From assembly GCA_965116905.1 (NCBI GenBank), contig OZ220732.1:320001-384000 (forward strand): DNA of 64,000 bases. Direction: 5' to 3'. The notes beneath the pieces were generated by a model. The model was not told the DNA's origin, did no database searches, and was given only the letters and a program-made list of their open reading frames with translations. Source of the DNA: Longimicrobiales bacterium (GTDB lineage Bacteria > Gemmatimonadota > Gemmatimonadetes > Longimicrobiales > Gaopeijiaceae). Below, piece after piece: positions 9,289 to 19,042 of this stretch; within the stretch, counting starts at the first letter, position 1; each line of letters starts with the position of its first letter. A program made the position numbers and the translations under genes.

Positions 9289-12200
9289 ATGTCCATAGCG
9301 GACAACTGGCGCTCCAGAGACCAGATCCTGCGCGTCGTGCGGCGCGTCCGGCGCCGGTGGCGCCTCAAGCTCATCCTGCGGGGCCTTGCCCTGACCATCG
9401 CCGGGGCGCTGGTCACTTTCCTGGTCTCGGCGTCCAGTCTCGAATTCCTGCGCTTTCAGCCGGAAGCCGTGACCGCGTTTCGAATCGTCCTGTGGCTGGT
9501 TGTCGGCTTCTTCCTTGTTCGCTGGGTGCTTTGGCCCCTGTTGCGGCGCATCTCCGATGAGAGGGTCGCACTGTACCTGGAGGAGAACGAACCCTCCCTG
9601 CAGGCCCGTGTCCTGGCTGCCGTGGAGTCGGCCGGCAACGCCGACGAACTGGAGCGCTCGCCCCTCCTTCAGGAGGTCGTGAAGCGCGCGGTGAAGGAAT
9701 GCCGACGCATCGACTATGGCAGCCGTATCGAGCAGCAATCCCTCCGTCGCTCCGCGGGAGCGCTCGGCGGCCTCACGCTGGCGTCGGTGGCCGTCCTTCT
9801 CCTTGGCCCGGGCTTTCTTCGCCACGGCATGTCGGCCCTGCTCTTCCCGAACCGCTCGGCAGAGTCCGTCAACCCGTACAGCGTCGCGGTGACGCCCGGC
9901 GACACCACCATCTCACGCAACTCCGACCTCCTCGTCTCGGCTATCCTGCACGGCTTCGCCTCGGACGATGTCGTGCTCTACACCCGGGAGACGGGTGCCA
10001 ACGGCTTCGTCGACACGCCCATGATCGAGGACGGCGCGGGTGCGTTCGAGGGGCTGCTCCTGAACGTTGCCGAAGAGACCACGTATTATGTCGAGGCCAA
10101 CGGCGTCCGGTCCGGGACCTTCACCCTGGGCGTCGCCGACCTACCGGCGGTGGACCGGCTGGCGATGGTGTATCACTTCCCGCGCTACACGGGCCTGGCG
10201 CCGCGCCGGTTCGAATACGGCGGAGACGTGGCGGCCCTCGCCGGGACCCGGGTCGAGCTCGAGGTGACCTCCACGATCCCCTCGCCCGGCGCCCTGATCG
10301 TGATGGACGCGGGCGACACGATTGCCATGGAAGCCGGGCCGGAGGGCACCTTCGGCGGGGCGTTCACCGTGCGCGACGAAGGGTTCTACGGCATCCGCCT
10401 CCAGACGCACGATGGCGCATGGGTCACGGGCGCGCCGGACTACCGGATCGACGTGCTCACGGACCAGGGGCCGTCGATCTCGTTCAGCAAGCCGGGACGC
10501 GACACCGACGTCAGCGCCATCGAGGAGGTGTTCATCGAGGCGCGCGCCGACGACGATCTGGGCGTGGCGGACGTGCGGCTGGTCTACAGCGTGAACGGCG
10601 GGCCCTCCGACACCGTGCGGCTGTACGCCTCCGGGGGAGCGCCCGTCACCGAGTTGACGGCGAGTCACACGCTCTTCCTGGAGGACTTCGAGCTGGAGAC
10701 CGGCGACCTCGTGGCCTACCACGGGATCGCGCGCGACAACGCGCCTGCGCCGCGCGAGGCCATGACCGACATCTTTTTCCTGAAGGTGCGGCCGTTCCGC
10801 CGTGACTTCCGGGAAGCCGAGGGCGGGGGCGGCGGCGGCGGTGGTGGCGGCGGCGGCGGCATGGACCAGGACCTGTCGGCCATCCAGCGCCAGATCATCG
10901 CGGCCTCGTTCAACCTCGTGCGGGACCGCGACAGCTATTCGCCGGACGTGTGGGAAGAGAACGTCGTCAGCGTCGCCCTCAACCAGGAGCGGCTGCGGGA
11001 GCAGGTGCAGACGCTGCGGCAGCGGATCGTGAACCGCGGCATCGCGGGGGCGGACGAGACGTTCGAGCGGATCGCCGAGACCCTGCCGATTGCGGTTGAA
11101 TCGATGTCCGAAGCCATCGACTCGCTGCGGGCACTGAACCCCGCGGGCGCGATCGCCGCCGAGCAGCGCGGGCTCCGCCAGCTCCAGAAGGCCGAGGAGA
11201 CGTACGAGCGCTTCGTATCGATGGAGAGGCAGCAGGGCGGCGGCGGTGGCGGTGGCCAGCAGGGCCCCAGCGCCGAGGACCTCGCCGACCTGTTCGAGCT
11301 GGAGACCGACGCACTTCGCAACCAGTATGAAACCGTCCAGCGAAGCCAGCAGGAAAGCGCCGACCAGGGTGTCGACGAGGCCCTCGAGAAGCTCCGCGAA
11401 CTGGCCAGGCGCCAGGAACAGGAGCTGGAACGCCAGCGGCTCAGGGCGTCGGCCCAGCAGGGCGGCGGTGGCGGCGGGAGCCAGGCTGCCCGGGACCTCG
11501 CGGACGAGGCCGAAGAGGCGGCGCGCCAACTGGAGCGGCTGTCACGAGAGACGGGCGACCGCCAGCTGGAAGAGGTCGCGCGCGGGCTGCAGCAGGCGGC
11601 CGACGCGATGCGCCGGTCCGCGGCGAACCGCGGGAATACCGGTGTGACGGAGGCTCGTTCGGCCCTCGAGCGGCTGCGCGACGCGCGGGACCGCCTGGAA
11701 GGAGTGCAGGACGACCGCCTGGAACGGGATCTGGCGGACGCGCGCGAGCGCGTGGCGGGCCTGTCCCGCCAGCAGGAGGATGTCCAGAATCGCATGGCTG
11801 CCATGCGGCGGGCGGGGCGTCCTTCCGCCGACCAGGTCGGGCGGATCAATCAGACCAAGGAAGAAATGGCCGAAGAGGTGGGCGACCTGCTGTCCCAATT
11901 GGATCAGCTCGGCGCCAGCGCGAGGCGGGACGGCACGGCGGGCGCCAGGGAGCTGGAAGAAGCCGCCGAGACGATCCGCGAGACCCAGTTGCGGGAACGG
12001 ATCCTCTGGTCGCGCAGCCTGGTGGGACGTCAGGGCCAGGAGGAATACGCCGAGGCGTTCGAGGACCAGAATGCGCAAGCCATTCAGTCGCTTGCGAACC
12101 GGCTGGAAGAAGCCGCCGATGCCGTTGGCGACCGGGTCACCGAAGACCTGGCGACCGAGGCGCTCGAGTCGGCGCGGGACCTGATGCGAAGCCTGGAGTC

Positions 12201-12861
12201 GTTGGAGCGCCGCACGCAAAACGATGCGCGCGGTGGCGAGGGCAACCCCCAGGAAGGTGAGGGCAACCCCCAGGAAGGCCAGGCCAACGCCCAGGAAGGC
12301 CAGGGTGGCGAGCAGCAGGGCGAGCGTGGCGGGGGTAATCCCGGCGAGCGCGCAGGCGATCCGGGAACCCGGCAAGGGGACCCGGGAGCTCGCACCGGTG
12401 CCCCCGGACCGAGGGACTACGACGACCGTGTCGGCGCGGGAGGGCCACGCCAGTTCGACCCCGACGCGATCCGGCAAATGCGCCGGGAGATCCGCGAGCG
12501 CGCCGGCGACGCGCGGGCACTGGCGGGTCTGGTCGAGCGCGCGGGCGCGGACCCCCGCGAACTGCAGGCCATGATCGACGCAATGCGCATGCTCGACCGC
12601 CAGGGCACCTACGCCGACACGGAAGAAGTACTGCGTCTTCAGAGCGAGCTGGTGCAGACGATCAAGCAGCTCGAGTTCCGTCTGCGGCGTGAGTTCGCCG
12701 CCGGCGACGAGGAGCGGATCTTCCTGTACCAGTCCGGAGACGTCCCCGAGGAATACCGCGCCCTGGTCGAGGAATACTATCGTGCACTGTCGCGCGACGA
12801 GGGCAGCCGGGCGCGTGACGGCGCGAACCGGGGAGGCAACCCCGGAAACAATCGGCCGTGA
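9289..12861 (+). CDS. DUF4175-like large membrane protein (N-terminal TMs, Ig-like middle, long coiled coil)
   Basis: Three N-terminal hydrophobic segments; ADDDLGV motif; Gly/Gln-rich linkers; C-terminal VPEEYRALVEEYYRAL; located in the MoxR operon. Confidence 0.7.
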   Translation: MSIADNWRSRDQILRVVRRVRRRWRLKLILRGLALTIAGALVTFLVSASSLEFLRFQPEAVTAFRIVLWLVVGFFLVRWVLWPLLRRISDERVALYLEENEPSLQARVLAAVESAGNADELERSPLLQEVVKRAVKECRRIDYGSRIEQQSLRRSAGALGGLTLASVAVLLLGPGFLRHGMSALLFPNRSAESVNPYSVAVTPGDTTISRNSDLLVSAILHGFASDDVVLYTRETGANGFVDTPMIEDGAGAFEGLLLNVAEETTYYVEANGVRSGTFTLGVADLPAVDRLAMVYHFPRYTGLAPRRFEYGGDVAALAGTRVELEVTSTIPSPGALIVMDAGDTIAMEAGPEGTFGGAFTVRDEGFYGIRLQTHDGAWVTGAPDYRIDVLTDQGPSISFSKPGRDTDVSAIEEVFIEARADDDLGVADVRLVYSVNGGPSDTVRLYASGGAPVTELTASHTLFLEDFELETGDLVAYHGIARDNAPAPREAMTDIFFLKVRPFRRDFREAEGGGGGGGGGGGGGMDQDLSAIQRQIIAASFNLVRDRDSYSPDVWEENVVSVALNQERLREQVQTLRQRIVNRGIAGADETFERIAETLPIAVESMSEAIDSLRALNPAGAIAAEQRGLRQLQKAEETYERFVSMERQQGGGGGGGQQGPSAEDLADLFELETDALRNQYETVQRSQQESADQGVDEALEKLRELARRQEQELERQRLRASAQQGGGGGGSQAARDLADEAEEAARQLERLSRETGDRQLEEVARGLQQAADAMRRSAANRGNTGVTEARSALERLRDARDRLEGVQDDRLERDLADARERVAGLSRQQEDVQNRMAAMRRAGRPSADQVGRINQTKEEMAEEVGDLLSQLDQLGASARRDGTAGARELEEAAETIRETQLRERILWSRSLVGRQGQEEYAEAFEDQNAQAIQSLANRLEEAADAVGDRVTEDLATEALESARDLMRSLESLERRTQNDARGGEGNPQEGEGNPQEGQANAQEGQGGEQQGERGGGNPGERAGDPGTRQGDPGARTGAPGPRDYDDRVGAGGPRQFDPDAIRQMRREIRERAGDARALAGLVERAGADPRELQAMIDAMRMLDRQGTYADTEEVLRLQSELVQTIKQLEFRLRREFAAGDEERIFLYQSGDVPEEYRALVEEYYRALSRDEGSRARDGANRGGNPGNNRP
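12238..12300 (+). repeat. Three 21-bp in-frame repeats (EGNPQEG-like)
   Basis: gagggcaacccccaggaaggt / gagggcaacccccaggaaggc / caggccaacgcccaggaaggc. Confidence 0.85.
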
Positions 12862-13676
12862 AGAACGGATCAGCGGCAGCTCCCGGCACTCGGACGATCG
12901 CGCTGTCCGTAGACATCGGCGCGTCGCCCGAGTCGGTGTGGCAAGCGCTGTCGGAGAGCGACCGGCTCGCCAGCTGGTTCTCGCCCATCGCTTCGGTCGA
13001 CCCGGGGGAGGGCGGCACGGTCACCGTGGCCTGGGCGGAGGGAGCCGCGTGGACGAGCGACATTGCGGTGTGGCGTCCCGCCGAACACCTGCAGCTCGTC
13101 GACAATCCGCCCGAAGACGCAGCCGCGGAGGGTGCCGTTCCCATGGTCCTCGACTACCACCTGGAGCCGCGCGAGGGCGGCACGCGTGTGCATCTCGTCA
13201 ACTCGGGACTGTTGGCCAGCAAGGACTGGGACGACGCGTTCCACATGATGACCAACGGCTGGCGCTTCTTCCTCTGGAACCTCAGGCACTACCTGGAGCG
13301 CCATTCGGACACGCGCCGCACCATGATCAGCGAGCGGCCCTGGGTGACGGGGACGCGCGACGTCGTCTGGGACACGATCTTCGGGAAGGACGGCGTCGGG
13401 ACCGTGCCCGCGCGGACGGGCGACGCGTTCAGCCTTCGCCTCGATGACGGCACGGCGCTGGAGGGGACAACCGTACTGTCCGACCGCCCCTGGGCGTTCG
13501 CCGGAATGGTGAGCTCGCTGAACGACGGCATACTGCACGTCGAACTGGAAGGCTCCGGCGAGCGATGGAAGATGGGTGTGTGGCTTTCGGCCTACGGATT
13601 GGATGAAGAGCGATGCAGCAAGACCGGCAAGGCCCTCGAACAAACGATATCGCGGCTCTTCCCCGGGCAGGAGTGA
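12858..13676 (+). CDS. SRPBCC (AHSA1/START-like) domain protein
   Basis: IGASPESVWQALSESDRLASWF, LEPREGGTRVHLVNSG, GWRFFLWNLRHYLE; GTGA overlap with the upstream gene. Confidence 0.8.
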   Translation: MKNGSAAAPGTRTIALSVDIGASPESVWQALSESDRLASWFSPIASVDPGEGGTVTVAWAEGAAWTSDIAVWRPAEHLQLVDNPPEDAAAEGAVPMVLDYHLEPREGGTRVHLVNSGLLASKDWDDAFHMMTNGWRFFLWNLRHYLERHSDTRRTMISERPWVTGTRDVVWDTIFGKDGVGTVPARTGDAFSLRLDDGTALEGTTVLSDRPWAFAGMVSSLNDGILHVELEGSGERWKMGVWLSAYGLDEERCSKTGKALEQTISRLFPGQE

Positions 13677-16600
13677 TGGCGACGGCCCGGCGCCGGGGCG
13701 TTCGCATGCTCCTGGCGGCCGGGCTGTGCGCGACCACGCTCAACCCGGCACCCCGCCCCCTCGGCGCCCAGGAAGCCGGCGAGGACGAGACCCATCCCCA
13801 GCAGGAGGGCCTCCCCCTCGTCCCCGGGCGCACCATCTCCACAAGCTTCACCGAGGGCTCGTGGATGTCGGTCGATGTCAGCCCCGACGGCCAGACCGTG
13901 GTCTTCGACTTCCTCGGCGACCTCTACACGATGCCGATCACCGGGGGCACCGCCACGCCGCTCACCCGGGGCATGGCCTTCGACGGGCAGCCCCGCTTCA
14001 GCCCCGACGGCACCCGCGTCGTCTTCACCTCGGACAGGAGCGGCGGCGAGGGGATCCACATCATCTCGCTCGACAAGAGCGACACGGTGCAGGTCACGCA
14101 GGGCAAGTCGAGCTCCTACCAGTCCCCCGAGTGGACCCCCGACGGCGACTACGTGATCGCCACCAGGCAGGGCCCGGGCCAAGGCAAGCTGTGGCTCTAC
14201 CACGTCGACGGCGGCACGGGGATCCAGCTCATCGACGAGCCCGCCAACCGCCGCACCACCGGCGCCGCCTTCGGAAACAACGGGCGCTACATCTGGTACG
14301 CGTACCGCACCGGCAGCTGGGAGTACAACTCGGCGATGCGGCAATACCAGCTCGCCGTCTACGACCGCGAGACCGGCGAATCCGCCACCCGCTCGTTCCG
14401 CTACGGCGGCGCCTTCCGCCCGACGCTCAGCCCCGATGGCCGCTGGCTGGTCTACGGTTCCCGGCACATCGCGGACACCGGCCTCCGCATCCGCGATCTC
14501 GACACGGGCGACGAGCGCTGGCTGGCCTTCCCCGTGCAGCGCGACGACCAGGAGTCTCGCGCCACCCGCGACGCCTACCCCGGGATGTCCTTCACCCCGG
14601 ACTCGCGCGAGGTGATCGCCTACTACGGCGGCGGCCTGTGGCGCGTTCCCGTCGACGGCTCCGAACCCACGCCGATCCCCTTCCGCGTCGACGTGGACAT
14701 GGCGATCGGCCCCGATGTCGACTTCGACTACCGTATCGAGGACACCGAGACCTTCGTCGCCAAGCAGGTCCGCGACGCCGTGCCTTCGCCCAGCGGCGAC
14801 CGCATCGCGTTCTCGCTGCTCGCCCGCGTCTACGTCATGGAGTGGCCCGGTGGAACGCCCGAGCGCCTCACCGGGTCCGACGCCAACGAGCACATGCCCA
14901 CCTGGTCGCCCGACGGCGAGGACATCGCCTACACCACCTGGGACGACGCCACCGGCGGACACCTCTACCGCGTGGACTCGGGCGGCGGCGACCCCACCCG
15001 CCTCACCACCGCGCCGGGGCTCTACAACAACCCCGTATGGTCACCCGACGGTGAGCGCATCATCGCGGTGCGCGGTCCCGGCCGCGCCTACGACGAGGCC
15101 CTGACCCGCGGCGTCCCCGGCGGCGCCGACGACCTCGTGTGGATCCCGGCCACGGGCGGCGACGCGACGGTGATCGCCCCGGCGCGCGACGGCAACCACC
15201 ACTTCACGAGCAACGCTGATCGCATCTACGCATACAATCCCGGCGACGGCCTCGTCTCCTTCCGCTGGGACGGCACCGACCGCAAGCAGCACGTGCGCGT
15301 GGTGGGCGCCGGTCCCCCCGGCTCGAGCACGCCGCCCCCCGCGACGCTCGTCACCATGGCCCCGCGTGGCGACCAGGCGCTCGCCCGCGTGTACAACCAC
15401 CTCTACACGGTCACGGTGCCCGTGGTGGGCGGCGACGTCCCCACCATCAACGTCGGCAACCCCGACAACGCCTCGGTCCCGGCACGCCAGGTCACCGAGA
15501 TCGGCGGCGAGTTCCCGGCGTGGGCATCGGACGGCCGCAAGATCCACTGGACGATCGGCAACGCCCACCTCGTGTACGACCTCGACGCCGCGCGCGCCTT
15601 CGAGGACTCGGTCGCAGCGGCGGCGGAGTCGGACGAGGGCGGGGACGACCCCGGCGCAGCGCAGGCTGAGGAGGAGGAAGAGGGCGAGAGCAGCGACGAG
15701 TCCGACACCGAGCACGACGCCCCCCGCTACGCCCCGGAGGAAGTTCGCATCCGCGTCGAATTCCCCCGCGACATCCCCAGCGGCGTGGCCGTCCTGTCGG
15801 GAGCGCGAGTCGTGACCATGAACGGCGACGAGGTGCTGGAGCGGGGCGACATCGTCGTGCGCAACAACCGCATCGCCGAGGTGGGGGCCACGGGTACGGT
15901 CGCCCACCCGGATGAGGCGACCGTGATCGACCTTGCGGGCAAGACCATCGTGCCCGGCTTCGTCGACACGCACGCCCACCTGAGGGCCCAGATCAACATC
16001 CTCCGTACCCAGCCGTGGTCCTACGCGGCCAACCTGGCCTACGGCGTGACCACCACCCGGGATCCCCAGACCGGCACCACCGACGTCATCAGCTACGAGG
16101 ACCTGGTGCGCGCGGGACGGATCCTGTCGCCGCGCATCTATTCGACCGGCCCCGGCGTCTTCTCGTCCGAGAACGTGAAGGACCTGGACCATGCACGGCA
16201 TGTGCTGCGCCGATACAGCGACTACTACGACACCAAGACGATCAAGATGTACGCTGCGGGCAACCGCGAGCAGCGCCAGTGGATACTCCAGGCGGCCCGC
16301 GAACTGGAGCTGATGCCCACGACCGAGGGCGGCCTCGACACCAAGGTCAACATGACGATGGCCATCGACGGCTACTCGGGGGTGGAGCACAACATGCCGG
16401 GCTTCCCGATGTACGCCGACATGGTCGAACTCGTGGCGCGCTCCACGATGGCCTACACGCCCACGATCCTCGTCACCTACGGCGGCCCCTGGGCCGAGAA
16501 CTACTTCTACGTAACCGAGGACGTGCTCGGCGACGAGAAGCTCGCGCGTTTCACGCCCATGGAGGAGATCCTCCAGAAGGCGCTGCGCCGTCCCGGACCC

Positions 16601-17041
16601 GGACCGGGGCCTTCCGGCTGGTTCCACCCCGAGGTACACACCTTCGACCAGGTGTCGGCGTTCGTACGCGACGTGATTCGGGCGGGGGGAAGGGCCGGCG
16701 TGGGCAGTCACGGCCAGCTCCAGGGGCTCAGTTACCACTGGGAGCTCTGGGCAACCCAGGCCGGCGGAATGACCGAGCACGAGGCGCTGCAGGTGGCCAC
16801 GATCCTCGGAGCGCACTCGATCGGTCTGGACCGCGACCTCGGCTCCATAGAGATGGGCAAGCTGGCGGACCTGGTCGTCCTCGACGGCAACCCGCTCGAC
16901 GACATCCGCAACAGCAACACGGTGCACCGCGTCATGATGAACGGCCGGCTGTACGACGGGGACACGCTGGACCAGGTCTGGCCGGACCAGGTGACGGCGG
17001 GGCCGTTCTACTGGCTGCGGGAGGCCCCGCCCGGGCGGTGA
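13676..17041 (+). CDS. Secreted PD40 (TolB-like) repeat + amidohydrolase protein
   Basis: EGSWMSVDVSPDG and repeated SPDG blades; PGFVDTHAH, GSHGQLQG, GSIEMGKLADLVVLDGNPL; TGATG coupling. Confidence 0.9.
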   Translation: MATARRRGVRMLLAAGLCATTLNPAPRPLGAQEAGEDETHPQQEGLPLVPGRTISTSFTEGSWMSVDVSPDGQTVVFDFLGDLYTMPITGGTATPLTRGMAFDGQPRFSPDGTRVVFTSDRSGGEGIHIISLDKSDTVQVTQGKSSSYQSPEWTPDGDYVIATRQGPGQGKLWLYHVDGGTGIQLIDEPANRRTTGAAFGNNGRYIWYAYRTGSWEYNSAMRQYQLAVYDRETGESATRSFRYGGAFRPTLSPDGRWLVYGSRHIADTGLRIRDLDTGDERWLAFPVQRDDQESRATRDAYPGMSFTPDSREVIAYYGGGLWRVPVDGSEPTPIPFRVDVDMAIGPDVDFDYRIEDTETFVAKQVRDAVPSPSGDRIAFSLLARVYVMEWPGGTPERLTGSDANEHMPTWSPDGEDIAYTTWDDATGGHLYRVDSGGGDPTRLTTAPGLYNNPVWSPDGERIIAVRGPGRAYDEALTRGVPGGADDLVWIPATGGDATVIAPARDGNHHFTSNADRIYAYNPGDGLVSFRWDGTDRKQHVRVVGAGPPGSSTPPPATLVTMAPRGDQALARVYNHLYTVTVPVVGGDVPTINVGNPDNASVPARQVTEIGGEFPAWASDGRKIHWTIGNAHLVYDLDAARAFEDSVAAAAESDEGGDDPGAAQAEEEEEGESSDESDTEHDAPRYAPEEVRIRVEFPRDIPSGVAVLSGARVVTMNGDEVLERGDIVVRNNRIAEVGATGTVAHPDEATVIDLAGKTIVPGFVDTHAHLRAQINILRTQPWSYAANLAYGVTTTRDPQTGTTDVISYEDLVRAGRILSPRIYSTGPGVFSSENVKDLDHARHVLRRYSDYYDTKTIKMYAAGNREQRQWILQAARELELMPTTEGGLDTKVNMTMAIDGYSGVEHNMPGFPMYADMVELVARSTMAYTPTILVTYGGPWAENYFYVTEDVLGDEKLARFTPMEEILQKALRRPGPGPGPSGWFHPEVHTFDQVSAFVRDVIRAGGRAGVGSHGQLQGLSYHWELWATQAGGMTEHEALQVATILGAHSIGLDRDLGSIEMGKLADLVVLDGNPLDDIRNSNTVHRVMMNGRLYDGDTLDQVWPDQVTAGPFYWLREAPPGR

Positions 17042-18267
17042 GCAAACGGGCCACAACCCGATCGACCGTCATCCCCGGTCTCGACGTCTTCCTCGGCGGG
17101 GGCGGCGACGCGGCGGGCGTTCGTGCCGCGGTCGCCGGGCTCCGCCATGCTCGTTTGGGACTGATCGCCCACCCCGCCTCGGTCACTTCGGAGCTGCAGT
17201 TCTCCGCCGAGGCCGTCCGCGCGACCGGATTCAACCTGCGCGCCCTCTTCGGCCCCCAGCACGGCGCCCGCGGCGAGAAGCAGGACAACATGATCGAGTC
17301 GGACCCCTACACCGACCCGGTGACCGGTCTCCCGGTCCACTCCCTCTACGGCGAGGTTCGCAAGCCGACCCCCGCCATGCTCGACGGAATCGACGCCCTG
17401 CTCTTCGACCTCCAGGACGTGGGGGTGCGCGTCTATACCTTCATGTGGACGATGGCGCTGGCGATGGAGGCGTGTGCCGAGGCAGGCGTACGGTTCGTCG
17501 TACTGGACCGTCCCAATCCGATCGGCGGCGTCAGGCGGGAGGGGCCGGTGCTGCGCGAGGACTACCGGTCGTTCGTCGGCCTCCACACGGTCCCGCTGCG
17601 GCACGGCCTGACCTGCGGCGAGATGGCGCGGTGGCTGAACGGGGAACGCGGCATCGGCTGCGACCTGACGGTCATCCCGTGCGAAGGCTGGCGGCGCGAC
17701 ATGTCGTGGGACGACACCGGCCTGCCCTGGGTGATGCCCAGCCCCAACCTGCCCACGCCCGACTCCTGCGTCGTTTATCCCGGCATGGTGCTGATCGAAG
17801 GCACCAACCTCTCGGAAGGCCGTGGCACCACGAGGCCCTTCGAACTTTTCGGCGCCCCATGGCTCGACCCCACCGCGCTCGTCACCCGCCTGAGCCGCGC
17901 CCACCTGCCCGGCGTCGCGTTCCGCCCCTGCCACTTCGAGCCGACCTTCCAGAAGCAAGCAGGCGCGCTTTGCGGAGGTGCACAGCTGCACGTTACCGAT
18001 CCCGGCACGTTCGAGCCGGTTCGCACGGCGGTGGAGGTCCTCGTTGCGGCGTGTCATCTCGCCCCCGACGACTTCGCCTGGCTCGAACCACCCTACGAGT
18101 ACGAGGAAACGCTGGCCCCGATCGACATCCTGTGGGGTAGCCCGGAACTACGGGAAGGCGTGGACGCGGGAGCCACGGCATCCGATATCCTGGCAGGTGT
18201 CGACGCCGAACTTGAGACCTTCAGTGAGTCGGTAGAGCGTTACCTGCTGATTGAAACCGACCCGTGA
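17038..18267 (+). CDS. namZ: DUF1343 family exo-beta-N-acetylmuramidase (NamZ-like)
   Basis: ALFGPQHG, SLYG, FDLQDVGVRVYTF, LDRPNPIGG, PSPNLPT, EGTNLSEGRGTTRPFE; GTG start at 17038 overlaps the upstream stop. Confidence 0.85.
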   Translation: MSKRATTRSTVIPGLDVFLGGGGDAAGVRAAVAGLRHARLGLIAHPASVTSELQFSAEAVRATGFNLRALFGPQHGARGEKQDNMIESDPYTDPVTGLPVHSLYGEVRKPTPAMLDGIDALLFDLQDVGVRVYTFMWTMALAMEACAEAGVRFVVLDRPNPIGGVRREGPVLREDYRSFVGLHTVPLRHGLTCGEMARWLNGERGIGCDLTVIPCEGWRRDMSWDDTGLPWVMPSPNLPTPDSCVVYPGMVLIEGTNLSEGRGTTRPFELFGAPWLDPTALVTRLSRAHLPGVAFRPCHFEPTFQKQAGALCGGAQLHVTDPGTFEPVRTAVEVLVAACHLAPDDFAWLEPPYEYEETLAPIDILWGSPELREGVDAGATASDILAGVDAELETFSESVERYLLIETDP

Positions 18268-18268
18268 A

Positions 18269-18586
18269 TCACTCCGGCTGGTAGCGCTCGACCGTGATCT
18301 CGGCAGCCCGCGCCCGCATCCGGGCAGCGTCGTGCCAGGCTTGCATCCTCAGCAACATTTCCATGTCCACGCCGAACGCCTTTTCGATTCGGAGAGCCAT
18401 CTCGGGGGACAGGGCGGCATGGCCGTGAAGCAGATCGGAGATTGTGGCCCGCCGTACTCCAAGTATCTCGGCCGTCCTCGTCACATTGAGTCCCAGTGCC
18501 TCGACAACCTCTGTCCGAATGAAATCGCCGGGATTCGACGGAGTCATCCGGACTGCAATGGATGATTCGGTCCTGCTTATCGCCAT
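18269..18586 (-). CDS. higA: HigA family antitoxin (HTH)
   Basis: NPGDFIRTEVVEALGLNVTRTAEILGVRRATISDLLHGHAALSPEMALRIEKAFG...LLRMQAWHD; TGATG coupling to higB. Confidence 0.9.
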   Translation of the reverse strand: MAISRTESSIAVRMTPSNPGDFIRTEVVEALGLNVTRTAEILGVRRATISDLLHGHAALSPEMALRIEKAFGVDMEMLLRMQAWHDAARMRARAAEITVERYQPE

Positions 18587-18876
18587 CAGTGGTAGTCCTC
18601 CAGGTCCAGGTGCCTCAGTAAGCCGTCTTCCTCCACAAAGGTGATCCTCCAGTTCCGGGACACGGAGATGCTCCAGACACCATGGCGAGAGCCCGAGAGC
18701 CGATGAACCCGCCAACCCGGCGGCGCACCTTCGACCAAAGCGTGAATCGACTTTGAGACTATCAATGCCGTCAGGATCTTTCTCACCCGGTCGACTTGGG
18801 TGGCCTGAAGGAATCTGGGATCATCCTGCTCCAACAGCGTTCGAAGTCCTCTATGCCGCACGGAACAAACGATCAT
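18586..18876 (-). CDS. higB: HigB family toxin (RelE-like)
   Basis: SVRHRGLR...PPGWRVHRLSGSRHGVWSISVSRNWRITF...LDLEDYH; toxin-first gene order. Confidence 0.9.
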   Translation of the reverse strand: MIVCSVRHRGLRTLLEQDDPRFLQATQVDRVRKILTALIVSKSIHALVEGAPPGWRVHRLSGSRHGVWSISVSRNWRITFVEEDGLLRHLDLEDYH

Positions 18877-18890
18877 GCTCTAGATCCACA

Positions 18891-18919
18891 AACGTACGGT
18901 ATTACCGTACACACAGCAA
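18891..18919 (-). promoter_or_regulatory. higBA promoter (TTGCTG-17-TACGTT) overlapped by palindromic operator GTACGGTA-T-TACCGTAC (18894-18910)
   Basis: Perfect 8-bp inverted repeat covering the spacer and part of the -10, about 15 nt upstream of the higB ATG. Confidence 0.7.
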
Positions 18920-19042
18920 GTTTGGGCCACAGCGATCGGCTCCGAAAAGAAAGGGCTCGGGGTAAAGCGTCAGGGAATCTCGCTTCCCCTGATCATTCGG
19001 CTGTCATCGTCCAACCCATCGAGACCGGAAAGCCCTGGCGAC

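Noticed and set aside
16015..17037. N-terminal extension of the NamZ-like ORF, and similar extensions of the EEP, DUF4159, YchF and aminotransferase ORFs
   Set aside because: These extensions are alternative-frame overlaps with neighbouring genes or intergenic DNA; family motifs begin at the later starts.
18970..18992. Hairpin tcagggaa...ttcccctga as a terminator for the EEP operon
   Set aside because: The stem is imperfect and has no clear U-tract, so support is insufficient.
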